Part shown: positions 17,930 to 29,602 of the stretch, one piece after another
How positions within the stretch are numbered: the first letter of the stretch is position 1
How the letters are laid out: each line of letters begins with the position of its first letter
NCBI GenBank assembly: GCA_963713045.1
Contig: CAVQKE010000003.1
Location: 1,216,001 to 1,280,000, forward strand
DNA from: an uncultured delta proteobacterium
Lineage (GTDB): Bacteria; Myxococcota; Myxococcia; Myxococcales; Myxococcaceae
Direction: 5' to 3'
DNA length: 64,000 nucleotides
Notes under the pieces: generated by a model
What the model saw: only the letters and a program-made list of their open reading frames with translations
The model's database searches: none
What the model was told of the DNA's origin: nothing
Program-made: the position numbers and the translations under genes

Positions 17930-18018
17930 CTGCTCACGTCCACACCGAGGAAGCGGTGGCGTGGCTCTCCCCGCTGTGGGCGAAGCCATTCGCTTCACAA
18001 GTTCCGCCGCCCTGGGAG

Positions 18019-18795
18019 TTAGGCCGTGATGGCGACACTCACCGGTGGAAGACTTCCCACCTGCAGGGATACCGTCTGGCCAGCGCGCAATGGCTCGGCG
18101 ACGGTGGCAGCCCCGGCCAGGACAATGCTGTCCGGTGGCAACGCGCGTCCCCGGGCGTCTAACAGGGCACACAGCTGCACCACCGACAGCCAGGGGTCCC
18201 CGGAGATGGCGCTCCCCTTGGCCTTTTGGCGAACGACGCCGTCCACCGCCATGGCCAACTCCAGCTGGCCCAGATGCAGCCCGTCGACGTCCGCCCAGAC
18301 GTCGGCCAGGACGAAGTGCGAAGAAGACGCATTGTCCGCCACCACGTCAGGCAGGCTGAAGTATTTGAAGTCCCGGTAGCGCGAATCCAAAATCTCCAAG
18401 GCTGCACCGACGCCGCTGCAGGCCGCCACCACCTCGGCTCGGCCCGGGCACCCCTGGAGCCCTTCTGCGAAATGGAAGGCAATTTCCGGCTCAATTTTGG
18501 GGTGAAGGGTGCCCGCCATCCGGAAGACGCCGCCCACCCGCATTTCTTCCGTCAGGACGCCGTAGATGGGCGCGCCCAGGCCCATTTGTTGGCGCTTGGC
18601 CTCCGAGGTGAGTCCCATTTTCAAGCCGACGACGCGCTCCCCGTGCTCTCGGCGTAGGGCGATTCCGGCGTCCAAAATGCGGTACGCCTGCTCCAGCGTG
18701 AGGTCCGGAAACTCCAGGGTCAGGCGTTCCACCTCCCGCCCGGAAAGCCGCGCGTCGTCCAGCCGGCGCGCCAGTGCATTCACGTTGAGAACCAT
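18019..18795 (-). CDS. 4-oxalocrotonate decarboxylase / 2-keto-4-pentenoate hydratase (FAH fold)
   Basis: Start ATG 18795; GLKMGLTSEAKRQQMG, HPKIEPEIAF, LEILDSRY, DVVADNASS. Confidence 0.88.
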   Translation of the reverse strand: MVLNVNALARRLDDARLSGREVERLTLEFPDLTLEQAYRILDAGIALRREHGERVVGLKMGLTSEAKRQQMGLGAPIYGVLTEEMRVGGVFRMAGTLHPKIEPEIAFHFAEGLQGCPGRAEVVAACSGVGAALEILDSRYRDFKYFSLPDVVADNASSSHFVLADVWADVDGLHLGQLELAMAVDGVVRQKAKGSAISGDPWLSVVQLCALLDARGRALPPDSIVLAGAATVAEPLRAGQTVSLQVGSLPPVSVAITA

Positions 18796-18909
18796 CCGCG
18801 GCAATCCTCTTGACTGCCCCTCCAGTACGCCGCTGGCCTTCACCCGAGGCCCCTGGGGCGTGAGAGGCAGTCCACCCCAGGGCGCCCATGCTAGGACAGG
18901 TGGTGGGCG

Positions 18910-20352
18910 ATGGTGACCGTCCAGAACCACATTGACGGCCGGCAGGTGCCGGCAGCGTCTGGCGCGACGCTGGACAACTGGGAGCCGGCCACCGGCGCCG
19001 TGTCCGGCACCCTGCCCGACTCGGACGGCGTGGACGTCGCCGCCGCAGTCCGGGCCGCCGAGCGGGCCTTCCCCGCCTGGGCCTCCACCCCGGCGGCCGA
19101 GCGTTCCCGGACACTGCACCGCCTGGCGGAAGCCCTCCGCGCACGGTTGGCGGAACTGGCCCAGGCCGAGTCCGCTGACACCGGAAAGCCCCTTTCGCTG
19201 GCCGCCTCGATGGACATTCCTCGGGCGGTGGCCAACTTCGACTTTTTTGCCGATGCCGCCAGCCAATTCAGCAGCGAGGCCCACCCGATGGAGGGCCAGG
19301 CCCTCAACTACACGCTGCGGAGCCCGCTCGGCGTGGTGGGCTGCATTTCGCCGTGGAACCTCCCCCTCTACCTCCTCTCCTGGAAGGTGGCACCGGCGCT
19401 GGCCGCCGGAAACTGCGTGGTGGCCAAGCCGTCGGAGTTGACGCCAGTCACGGCAGACTGGCTTGGCCGCCTCTCCGCCGAGGCCGGACTGCCGCCCGGA
19501 GTCCTCAACCTGGTGCATGGACTCGGGCCCAAAGTGGGTGCCGCCCTCACCGCCCACCCCGGGGTGAAGGCCATCTCCTTCACCGGTGGCACCCGCACCG
19601 GTGCGGAAATTGCCCGTGCCGCAGGACCGGCCTTTAAGAAGCTTTCGCTGGAGATGGGCGGGAAGAATCCCACCCTCGTCTTCGCCGACTGTGATTTTGA
19701 GGCGGCGCTCGCCGGGACGCTTCGGTCGGCCTTCACCAACCAGGGCCAAATTTGCCTCTGTGGCTCGCGCATTCTGGTCGAAGCCTCGCTGTACCCGCGC
19801 TTCCGTGACGCGCTGGTGGAACGCACCCGGGCGCTCCGGATGGGCGACCCGCTGATGGCCGAGACCCAGCAGGGTGCGCTGGTCAGCCGACAGCACTTGG
19901 AAAAGGTGCTGGGCTGTCTGGACGTCGCCCGGGGCGAGGCGGGGCGCCTGTTGTGTGGAGGCAAACGTGTCCTAGTCCCCGGCCGCTGTCAGGACGGCTA
20001 CTTCGTGGAGCCCACCTTGCTGGAGGGCCTGGGTCCGGAGACCCGAACCAACCAGGAGGAGATTTTCGGGCCGGTGGCCACGCTCCAGCCCTTCCAGTCC
20101 GACCAGGAGGCACTGGCGCTGGCCAATGCCACCGCCTACGGCCTCGCGGCGTCGGTTTGGACCTCCAGCCTGACGCGTGCCCACCGTGTCGCCGCTCGGC
20201 TTCAGTCGGGAATTGTGTGGGTGAATTGCTGGATGCTTCGAGACCTGCGCACTCCCTTCGGCGGCGTGAAGGAGTCGGGCGTGGGCCGAGAGGGTGGCGT
20301 CGAGTCGCTGCGCTTTTTCACCGAGCCGCAAAACGTCTGCATCCAGCTGTAG
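18910..20352 (+). CDS. 2-aminomuconate semialdehyde dehydrogenase (ALDH8A1-like)
   Basis: ISPWNLPLYLLSWKVAPALAAGN, SLEMGGKNP, NQGQICLCGSR, VNCWMLRDLRTPFGG; pathway context. Confidence 0.9.
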   Translation: MVTVQNHIDGRQVPAASGATLDNWEPATGAVSGTLPDSDGVDVAAAVRAAERAFPAWASTPAAERSRTLHRLAEALRARLAELAQAESADTGKPLSLAASMDIPRAVANFDFFADAASQFSSEAHPMEGQALNYTLRSPLGVVGCISPWNLPLYLLSWKVAPALAAGNCVVAKPSELTPVTADWLGRLSAEAGLPPGVLNLVHGLGPKVGAALTAHPGVKAISFTGGTRTGAEIARAAGPAFKKLSLEMGGKNPTLVFADCDFEAALAGTLRSAFTNQGQICLCGSRILVEASLYPRFRDALVERTRALRMGDPLMAETQQGALVSRQHLEKVLGCLDVARGEAGRLLCGGKRVLVPGRCQDGYFVEPTLLEGLGPETRTNQEEIFGPVATLQPFQSDQEALALANATAYGLAASVWTSSLTRAHRVAARLQSGIVWVNCWMLRDLRTPFGGVKESGVGREGGVESLRFFTEPQNVCIQL

Positions 20353-21309
<957 letters not shown>

Positions 21310-21310
<1 letters not shown>

Positions 21311-22324
21311 TGGCCACCGTCGACGTGCACACCCATCTCTTGCCGCCCGAACTGCCTCGGTGGCGGGAGAAGTTCGGCTATGGCGGCTTCATTCACCTCG
21401 AGCCCTGTGGCCCAGGGCGCGCCCGCATGGTGCGTGACGACGGGACGCACTTCCGCGAAGTGCAAAGCAACCTGTGGGACGCCGAGACGCGCCTCACCGA
21501 AGCAGACGCGGCGGGCGTGGACGTCCAAGTGCTGTCCACCGTCCCGGTCATGTTTTCCTACTGGGCCAAGCCCAAAGACACCCTCGAATTGGCCCGCCAC
21601 CTGAATGACCACCTGGCCAGCGTGGTGCGCAGTCGGCCCAAGCGCTTCCTCGGCCTCGGGACGCTTCCCATGCAGGACGCCTCGCTGGCCACGGCTGAGC
21701 TGGAGCGCTGCGTACGGCAGCTGGGCCTGGCCGGCGTCCAAATCGGTAGCCACGTCAGCGACCGGAATTTGAGCGACCCAGCCCTCTTCGAGGTCTTCGC
21801 CGCAGCGGCGGAGCTCGGCGCCGCCGTCTTCGTCCATCCCTGGGACATGATGGGGGAGGCACGGATGCGCAAGTATTGGCTGCCGTGGCTGGTGGGAATG
21901 CCGGCCGAAGTCTCGCTGGCAATTTGCAGCATTCTCTTCGGCGGCGTCCTCGAGCGGCTCCCCTCGCTGAGGATTGCCTTTGCGCACGGCGGGGGCGCTT
22001 TCCCCGGGACGTTTGGACGCATCGCGCACGGCTTCGAGGTGCGGCCGGACTTGGTGGCGGTGGACAACCCGGTGCACCCGCGTAACTACCTGGGACGTTT
22101 CTGGGTGGACAGCTTGGTTCACGACGCCGACACACTGCGAAACGTCGTTGGCCTGTTTGGTCCCTCTCACGTCATGCTCGGCAGCGACTACCCTTTCCCG
22201 CTGGGCGAGGCGTGTCCCCGGCAGCCTGATTCGCTCGCTTCCGGAACTGACCGCTCCGGCGCGGGCCCGCCTTCTGGGCGACAACGCTTGGGCGTGGCTC
22301 GGTGGAAAGCCGGTGGAGGGATGA
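21310..22324 (+). CDS. 2-amino-3-carboxymuconate-6-semialdehyde decarboxylase (ACMSD; frameshift near 22215)
   Basis: [43 protein letters not shown]-terminus PGSLI...[11 protein letters not shown] is in the next frame. Confidence 0.9.
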
Positions 22325-23590
22325 CTTTCGAAGACTCTGAGCGCTTCGCCCGCGGCCTCGACGCGGCAGACCTCCTCGTCCGTTTCCGGGACGCCTTCCT
22401 CATCCCCCCTGGGCCGGATGGAAAGCCTTGCGTCTACCTCGCCGGTAACTCGCTCGGGCTGCAGCCCCGGAAGGCGCGCACCTACGTCGATTGAAGCGCT
22501 GGAGGCTTGGCAGATGCTGGGGGTGGAAGGCCACGTCCAGGGCGTCCACCCCTGGATGCCCTACCATGAGCTGCTCACCGCCTCGACGGCGCGCCTGGTG
22601 GGGGCCGAGCCGGAAGAAGTGGTGGTGATGAATACCCTCAGCGTCAACCTGCATCTCATGATGGTCAGCTTCTACCAGCCGACGCCGAAACGCTTTCGGG
22701 TGCTGATGGAGGCGGACGCCTTCCCTTCGGACCGCTACGCCGTCGCCTCCCAGGTGCGCTTCCACGGCTATGCGCCCGAGGCGGCGGTGGTGGAAGTGCC
22801 TCCCCGGCCCGGGGAGGACGCGCTTCGAGCCGAGGACCTGCTGGGCGCCATCGAAAGGGAGGGGCCGGGGCTGGCCCTGGTGCTGCTGGGCAATGTGAAT
22901 TACCTCACCGGACAAGCCTTCGACGTGGCAGCCGTGACGCGCGCCGCGCACGCCGTTGGCGCACGCGTCGGCTTCGACCTCGCTCACGGCGCAGGAAACC
23001 TCCGGCTCCGGCTCCACGACGATGGGCCGGACTTCGCTGTGTGGTGCAGCTACAAGTACCTCAACGGTGGTCCAGGCTCCCTGGGAGGCGTCTTCGTCCA
23101 TGGCCGGCACCGCGACGGCCACGCCCTTCCGCGCTTTGAGGGCTGGTGGGGCCACGACAAGGCCTCGCGCTTCCAGATGCCGGCGCGCTTCGCCTCGCTG
23201 CCAGGCGCCGAAGGCTGGCAGCTCTCCAACCCCCCCATTCTGCAGCTCGCCGCGCTGCGCGCTTCGATGGAGCTTTTCGCGGAGGCGGGGATGGGCCCCC
23301 TGGTGGAGAAACGGGAGCGGCTCACCAATTTTCTCGCCTTCCTGCTTCAGGGACTGCCCGGAGAGGGCGCGCGGCTGCTGACCCCGCAGGACCCGAAGCA
23401 GCGGGGCGCCCAGCTTTCCCTCAAGCTGCGCAGCGACGCACGCACGCTGGTTCACCGACTGGGTGAGGCCGGAATGGTGGTCGACTTTCGCCCTCCGGAC
23501 ATTCTCCGCGCCGCCCCGGTGCCGCTCTACAACAGCTTCATGGATGTCTGGCGCTTCGCCCGGACACTTCGCAGCCATGTCTGCGCCTGA
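22321..23590 (+). CDS. kynU: Kynureninase (frameshift near 22490)
   Basis: [12 protein letters not shown], then [48 protein letters not shown]. Confidence 0.92.
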
Positions 23591-24959
23591 CCGCTACACG
23601 CTGGTCGGCGCGGGGCTGGTGGGCTCGCTGTTGGCCCTCTTCTTGGCGCGGCGCGGGGCGGAGGTGCGCGTCTTGGAGCGCCGAGCGGATTTACGCAAGG
23701 AAGAGATTCGCGCCGGACGCAGCATCAACCTGGCCATCAGCGTCCGCGGCCTTCATGCCCTGGGGCGGGTGGGGCTTGAGGAGCGCACGCTGGCGCACGC
23801 CATTGCCATGCGGGGGCGGGCCATTCATCCCCTCGACGGGGCGATGGCTTTCCAACCCTACGGCAAGGACGACACGCAGTGCATTCACTCCATTTCCCGG
23901 GCCTGGCTCAACGCGATGCTGCTCTCCGAGGCTGAGGCGACCGGCCGCGTCCAGCTGGACTTTCATCACCGCGTCACGACGGCGGACGTCGCTTCGGGGA
24001 ACCTGACAGCGGTGAATGACCGGACCCACCACCAGCAGGTGGTGCAAGCCACAGCGGTGGTGGGAACCGACGGAGCCAGCTCGGTGGTACGCGAATCCGT
24101 CGTCCTGGCCGAAGGCGGGACCAGCACCGAGGACCGCCTTCAGCATGGTTACAAAGAAATTACCCTGCCGGCCGGCCCAGGCGGCAGCTTCCGGCTGGAG
24201 AAGCATGCCCTGCACATTTGGCCGCGGCGCGACTTCATGCTGATTGCACTGCCCAACCTGGATGGCAGCTTCACCTGCACCTTGTTTTTGCGGTTTGCCG
24301 GCAACCCCTCCTTCGAGAGGCTGAAGGAGCCGGAAGACGTCCGCAGCTTTTTTTCCCAACACTTTCCGGACGTGCTCGCCCTGCTTCCGGACCTGGAAAC
24401 CCAATTTTTCGAGAACCCCACCGGCAGCATGGTGACGGTGAAGTGCTGGCCCTGGGCGGCCGAGTCGCGGGCGGTGCTGCTGGGCGACGCCGCCCACGCG
24501 ATTGTCCCTTTCTTCGGCCAGGGGATGAATTGCGGCTTCGAGGACTGCGAGGTGCTGGACGACGTCCTTGGCCACTCTCGGGACTTGGGAGCGGCCTTTC
24601 GAGAATTTGCCCTTTTGCGCAAGCCGAACGCCGACGCCATTGCGGACATGGCCGTGGAGAATTTCATCGAAATGCGAGACAGCGTGGCGGACGCGCGCTT
24701 TCTTTTGGAGAAAGCCATTGAGAGGCGTCTCCTCAACGCTTTCCCGGGAGAATTTCTCTCCCGCTACGCGCTGGTGACATTCAGCCGCGTCCCCTACCGG
24801 CAGGCGTATGACATTGGACGCGTCGCTGCGGACGTCGTCGCAGAGGTGGCCACTGGCGTGAAGTCCGCCGAGGAGGTGGACCTGGCGGCTGCCCGACGGC
24901 TGGTCCACACCCGCCTGGCACCGCTGGTGAGCCATTTGCCGAAGGACGCACTGGGTTAA
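23577..24959 (+). CDS. kmo: Kynurenine 3-monooxygenase
   Basis: VGAGLVGSL, GRSINLAISVRG, HALHIWPR, GDAAHAIVPFFGQGMNCGFED, NFIEMRD. Confidence 0.93.
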   Translation: MSAPDRYTLVGAGLVGSLLALFLARRGAEVRVLERRADLRKEEIRAGRSINLAISVRGLHALGRVGLEERTLAHAIAMRGRAIHPLDGAMAFQPYGKDDTQCIHSISRAWLNAMLLSEAEATGRVQLDFHHRVTTADVASGNLTAVNDRTHHQQVVQATAVVGTDGASSVVRESVVLAEGGTSTEDRLQHGYKEITLPAGPGGSFRLEKHALHIWPRRDFMLIALPNLDGSFTCTLFLRFAGNPSFERLKEPEDVRSFFSQHFPDVLALLPDLETQFFENPTGSMVTVKCWPWAAESRAVLLGDAAHAIVPFFGQGMNCGFEDCEVLDDVLGHSRDLGAAFREFALLRKPNADAIADMAVENFIEMRDSVADARFLLEKAIERRLLNAFPGEFLSRYALVTFSRVPYRQAYDIGRVAADVVAEVATGVKSAEEVDLAAARRLVHTRLAPLVSHLPKDALG

Positions 24960-25001
24960 AGCCGGCGCCAAAGACGCGGGGCTGCCCCAGGCGCTGCTGC
25001 C

Positions 25002-25265
25002 TTAGGTCCGCGAATGCGCGCCAGGCCGCAGGTCCACCGGAAGCTGGACCTGGGTGCCGGCCTTCAGCTGCCGGAGCTCCTCCTCGAGCTCCGCCACCCG
25101 GAGCTCGAGGGCGGCGTTTGCGCCCTGGATGCGCAGCTTGGCCCAGTCCGCCAGCAGGGGGCGGACGGCCATTCGGACCCCGGCGGCGAGCACGGCGAGG
25201 AAGACCGAGCTCGCGATGACCATGGCGACGATGAACCTCAAAACGTCACTGCCCGAGAACGTCAA
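25002..25265 (-). CDS. Small single-pass membrane protein with C-terminal coiled coil
   Basis: GGAGG 6 nt before TTG 25265; TM FIVAMVIASSVFLAVLAAGV; heptads LELRVAELEEELRQLK. Confidence 0.6.
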   Translation of the reverse strand: MTFSGSDVLRFIVAMVIASSVFLAVLAAGVRMAVRPLLADWAKLRIQGANAALELRVAELEEELRQLKAGTQVQLPVDLRPGAHSRT

Positions 25266-25641
25266 GCCGCACCTCCGCGTTTTCCACCCATACGCCACCC
25301 AGAGCTCGTCATTGCAACCGGTGCAAAGCAGACAGTCGCCGCCCCTGAATTCCATTGCTTAGCCCGGGTGCTCGGGCAGGGGCCTTCGCCAGGCCTCAAA
25401 CGCGCTCGGCCTGTGCCCATCCAGCCCCGAGGCCGGACCACAGCGGAATCAGACTGACCGTTGGAACCGCGCTGGACCCGGCACGCCACCCAGTCGCTCG
25501 ACCCCCGGTGGCCCTTTTTCTTGAAGAGATGGTCCCCGGGAACCACGGATAGAATCGCAACAGACCAAAGCCGTGCCTGTGTCGACTCCACACCACGAGT
25601 CCTTCTGGTGCCGCATGCGCCTTCAGCGCTGAGGGTCGCCA

Positions 25642-26448
25642 TCAGGCCAACGACTCGATGGTCTTCAGCACCGTTGGCCAATGCGGCGACGTTGGCTCAA
25701 TCACGTCGAAGTGGCCGCCACCCTTCAGCGTTACCAGATGTGCGTCGTCGCCCGCGGCCTGCGCCTTCTGCGCATAGGCTGGACTCAGCGCATAGGGAAC
25801 GTCCTCGTCTTCCGTCCCATGGACCAGGATGGTCGGCACGCCCAGCGGAAGAAGTTCCACTGGAGAGGCCGCCCGGTACCGTTCTGGGACTTGTTCCGGG
25901 CTGCCGCCGAGAAACTCGCGCACCACCCCACTGCTGAGATTGAGGCGCGACGCGGCAGCCAAGTCACTGACGGCCGCCAGCGCAACCACGCCGGCCAGTG
26001 TCAGTCCAGCGGACTTCGCATGCGCGTTGCGAACGCCCCACAGAGCCAGCTGGCCGCCGGCTGAGTGCCCCACCAGCAGCACCCGGGAGAAGCCAATCCC
26101 CATTTGCGCGGCCTCTCCGGGAAGAGCGTGCAGGGCATGCGCGACGTCGTCCAACGTCCCCGGCCAGCCGCCGCCCGGCTCTCCAAGCCTCCGGTATTCC
26201 AGCGAGGCCACGGCGAAGCCGGAGGCAGCCAGCGCCGTACAGAAGGGCCGAAGGTGGTCGAGGTTATACCGGGCGCGCCAGTAGCCGCCGTGGATGGCCA
26301 CCGCCAGAAGGCGCCTGGGTGCCCCGACCGGCGCGAGCCACTCCACAAACTGCGAGGCTTCAATCCCATACGTTGTGCGGCGTGCTGTTTCACTTTGGGG
26401 CACTGTGGGAGGCCTCCGCGGAGCTGATGCGGGCCAAAGGACTCGCAA
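25642..26448 (-). CDS. Alpha/beta hydrolase, HGGYW type; candidate kynurenine formamidase
   Basis: IHGGYW, LEYRR, GHSAGG nucleophile elbow, HGTEDEDVP, GGHF; start uncertain. Confidence 0.85.
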   Translation of the reverse strand: MRVLWPASAPRRPPTVPQSETARRTTYGIEASQFVEWLAPVGAPRRLLAVAIHGGYWRARYNLDHLRPFCTALAASGFAVASLEYRRLGEPGGGWPGTLDDVAHALHALPGEAAQMGIGFSRVLLVGHSAGGQLALWGVRNAHAKSAGLTLAGVVALAAVSDLAAASRLNLSSGVVREFLGGSPEQVPERYRAASPVELLPLGVPTILVHGTEDEDVPYALSPAYAQKAQAAGDDAHLVTLKGGGHFDVIEPTSPHWPTVLKTIESLA

Positions 26449-26564
26449 AGCCTTACCAGTCTACGACTGACAGGCTAGCCCTCGGCGAGTGTCTTGCTTT
26501 AAGAAGCACATTCAACGCTGCCTCGGCGGCGCCAAACCTAGTACCCAACAAAAGGGGGGTACCC

Positions 26565-26915
26565 ATGGCGGGCGAAACTGGGAAGCGACTGAATTTGGCG
26601 GAGCGCCAGAGTCAGCTCGATCAGGACGGCTACGCAGCGAAAGTGCAGGCCAAATTTTGGTCCGAAGCCAACGTGACGGGCCTCAGCGTCCTCGTCATCG
26701 GCCAGCGCTACCCGGGCACGGGGCGGGTCGAATTGGCGCTGAGGATTCACGTGGACGGGACGGACCCCATCGCCGCGCGCCAAGGGACGGCGACCTCGAA
26801 GGACGGGGCGAGCCGCTTTACCTTCTTTCAGAACCCAAGCTCGGTCTTCACCCACAGCTATTCCGCTTACGCCGACGCCAGCTACAACGGGGCCGACCCG
26901 CCGACCTTCCCCTAA
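26565..26915 (+). CDS. Hypothetical 116-aa protein heading the CHAT-ECF module
   Basis: AAAGGGGGG RBS, ATG 26565, coding-like codon usage, fills the gap before the CHAT gene; no family recognised. Confidence 0.7.
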   Translation: MAGETGKRLNLAERQSQLDQDGYAAKVQAKFWSEANVTGLSVLVIGQRYPGTGRVELALRIHVDGTDPIAARQGTATSKDGASRFTFFQNPSSVFTHSYSAYADASYNGADPPTFP

Positions 26916-26981
26916 GCGCTGTCTCGCCGGCTGCTGGCGAATGGCGCGGCCTGCCGCCGGCAAGGCATACTGCTGCGCGCC

Positions 26982-29277
26982 GTGTGGGGGACTTGGGCAC
27001 CCGTTCTTCTGCTCGCCACGTCGATGGCCATCGGCCATGACGGGTGGACAACCGACGTTGCTGGCTGTGACGAGGGCAGTTCGCGTCAAGTCGCCGAGAC
27101 CTGTGCCGCCCTGAGCCGCAGGCTGGAGTCCAAAGACGCCGCCGTCCTTTCAGCGCTGGCCTTCGTCCTGTCCGGGGACTACCCCCAGGCCAGAGCAGTG
27201 CTCTCCTCCTTCGAGAGCAGTGGCGACCCGCTGGTGCTTTCCCGCCTCGGCTGGCTCGACTCGGTGCGGGGCGAGCATCAGCTTGCCCTGGATGAGTTTC
27301 GCCGGGCCGTTGAGGCCGCCGAGCGCCAAGCGGACCGCTCCTTAGTGGCCAAGGTGAAAACCCGTTTCGCTTACGTCTTGTACCAAACCAGCCATTACAC
27401 CGAAGCCGTCCAAATGTTGGATGCACTGCTCGCTGGGCCTCCCGGAACATTGGCACTGTCCGACGAGCGGGACGCGCGGCTGAGACTCGCTCGCGCATTG
27501 AATTACCTGGGCGATGGGCCCGCGGCCGAGGCGGAGCTCCGCAGGTTGAATCAAGCTCTCGGGGCGAGTCCGCCCTTGTCGCTGGAGCTCCTTTTCGAGG
27601 CGCAGCTGCAGGCGGACGACGACCAGCTGCGCTCGGCCGACGAGTTATTGCAGCAAGCCCAGCTCGCCGCTCGGCGCGAGGGACGACCCACTTACGAAGC
27701 CAGCGCCGTCATCAACCGAGTGATGATTGCAGCGGATGAGGCCAATTGGGTGCAGGTGCGCGTCCTTGCGACCCAGGCCCGGGGCTTCCCCAACCTACAA
27801 GCCATGGACCGAGGCGAGCTTGCCTTTCTCGAGGGAATCGCCGCCCGGGGCGAGCACCGACTTGAAGAGGCCAGACGCCTGTTGACCCAGGCGCTCGAGC
27901 TGTTGCCGCCCAACCGCCGTTGGGAGGTGCAGACCGAGTTGGGGTTGACCGTTTGGCGCCTGGGGGACGTCGAGGCGGCTATCACCTTCTTGGAGGAGGC
28001 AATTTCACAAATCGAATCTCAGCGGAACCAACTCGGCAATGCGAGTCTCCGGGCAGTCTCCACCGGCAACCGGGAGAGCCCTTTTGATGCCCTCTTCGAG
28101 ATTTACGCCGAAGCGGGAAATGCCGAAGCGGCGCTGGCCACACTGCAGCGCTCCCTGGCCAGTCGCCTGGTGGAGGAAGTCGCTGAAGCCTCCAACGGGG
28201 CCGGCCATCGGGTCAGCGATGCGCTCGACCGAAGCGCGGCAGCACAAAAGCTGAACGAAGCAACCCGCGCGCTGACCGGCCAGGAAAGCGTCTCCAGCCG
28301 GGACGCCCGCTTTGTCGCCTTCGTCCGCACCGAGACGCATTCCTGGGCCCTGGTCCACTCCGCCGAAGGCCTTCAGCTGGTCTCGGTCAAGCTGGCACCC
28401 GACACCTTCTGCGCCTTGATGAACAAATTCGGAGAGGGCTTCGACGACGATGTGGGACGGCAACTGGGGGCGAGATGTTTCCCGCCTCGACGCTCGCGCG
28501 CTTGGGACCGCGCTTCGCCATCATCCTGCCAAGCTGCGCGCGCGGCTTCCCAGTTGCCGCGCTGCCGTTGGGGGAAGGCCGACTGGTCGACCGGGCCGTC
28601 GTCAGCATTGCGCCGGACGTTTCGGCAGCCACCGTTCGGCGGACCGGCGAAAGCCCTCGCGGTGGCGTGGTGCTGGCCGACCCATTCCAGGACTTGCCTG
28701 CCGCCCGCACCGAGGCCGAATGGACCGGCCGGCTGACGGGGCCGAAGTCCGCTTGGGGGAAGCTGCTTCGCAGGCTGCCCTCGCCAATTCCGGAGGGCAC
28801 CTTTTGCACTTCGCCACCCATACGCTGGTGGAGGTGGCCGGGCCGGCCTTGGTTCTCGCCGACCGCAACGTCACGGTGACCGACATTCTCCAGCGGCGCC
28901 TCCACGCGGATTTGGTGGTGCTCGCCAGCTGCCACTCGGGCACGCAGCTGAAAACCACGGCGGCAGAAACACTCTCCACCGCATTCCTCCGCGCGGGCAG
29001 CCATGCAGTGTTGGCCACCCTGCGGTCCGTCGAAGACGCGTTCGCCTTCGAGGTTGTCCGGGCCTTCTACCTGCAGGGCGGACTCGACGACCCGGCCGGC
29101 GCCCTGGCCAAAGTCCAGCGCCAGCTGGCCCGCAGCGAGCCCCCCGCGCGATGGGCAGCGTTTTTCGTCGCAGGAAGTCCCGGCGTGGTGGATGCGCCAC
29201 GGCTCCAACGACAGAAGCACACGGAGTTGGGGGCTGCCGCACGGCCGGGACCCGGGCTCGTCGACCGCCGCCGCTAG
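26982..29277 (+). CDS. Signal-peptide TPR-CHAT (caspase-like) protease, two apparent frameshifts near 28470 and 28740
   Basis: Three overlapping ORFs join into ~765 aa: hydrophobic N-terminus, TPR-like helices, AISQIESQRNQL linker, then VLADPFQDLPAARTEA, LLHFATH, VVLASCHSG, LSTAFLRAGSHAVLATLRSVED, WAAFFVAG; both shifts fall at G runs. Confidence 0.85.
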
Positions 29278-29528
29278 CCGCAGGACGGCGGTCGACTGCC
29301 CCCCAGAGAGAGGGCTCCGGCAAAGGAGCTTTCGCCCAGTGACAGGCCCTCCGCCCGGCCGCAAAGCCCCGTCGCTTGGAGTCGACGGGGCGCTGCGGGC
29401 ATCGCCAGAAAGGCGCCGGCTGCCTGCCGTCCACCACCAGGACGCCCGGGGTCATCCTCCAGGGGCTGTGGCATCTGCCGGGCCCTTGTCGCCTCTCTCC
29501 CCAAGAAGGCACATGTCTCTTGAGTTGC

Positions 29529-29557
29529 TTGACCGACAAGGGTCTCACCCGTACGGT
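29529..29557 (+). promoter_or_regulatory. Putative sigma70 promoter for the ECF/anti-sigma pair
   Basis: TTGACC, 17 bp, TACGGT, ~45 nt upstream of ATG 29603. Confidence 0.45.
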
Positions 29558-29602
29558 GTGGTTGGACACATTCACCCACACCGCCGCGCAAGGCCCTTCC
29601 AC

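Noticed and set aside
29315..29400. GGCAAA...CGCAAAGCC resemblance to a c-di-GMP-I (GEMM) riboswitch
   Set aside because: No convincing GNRA-capped P2 stem or tetraloop receptor; an Rfam scan would settle it.
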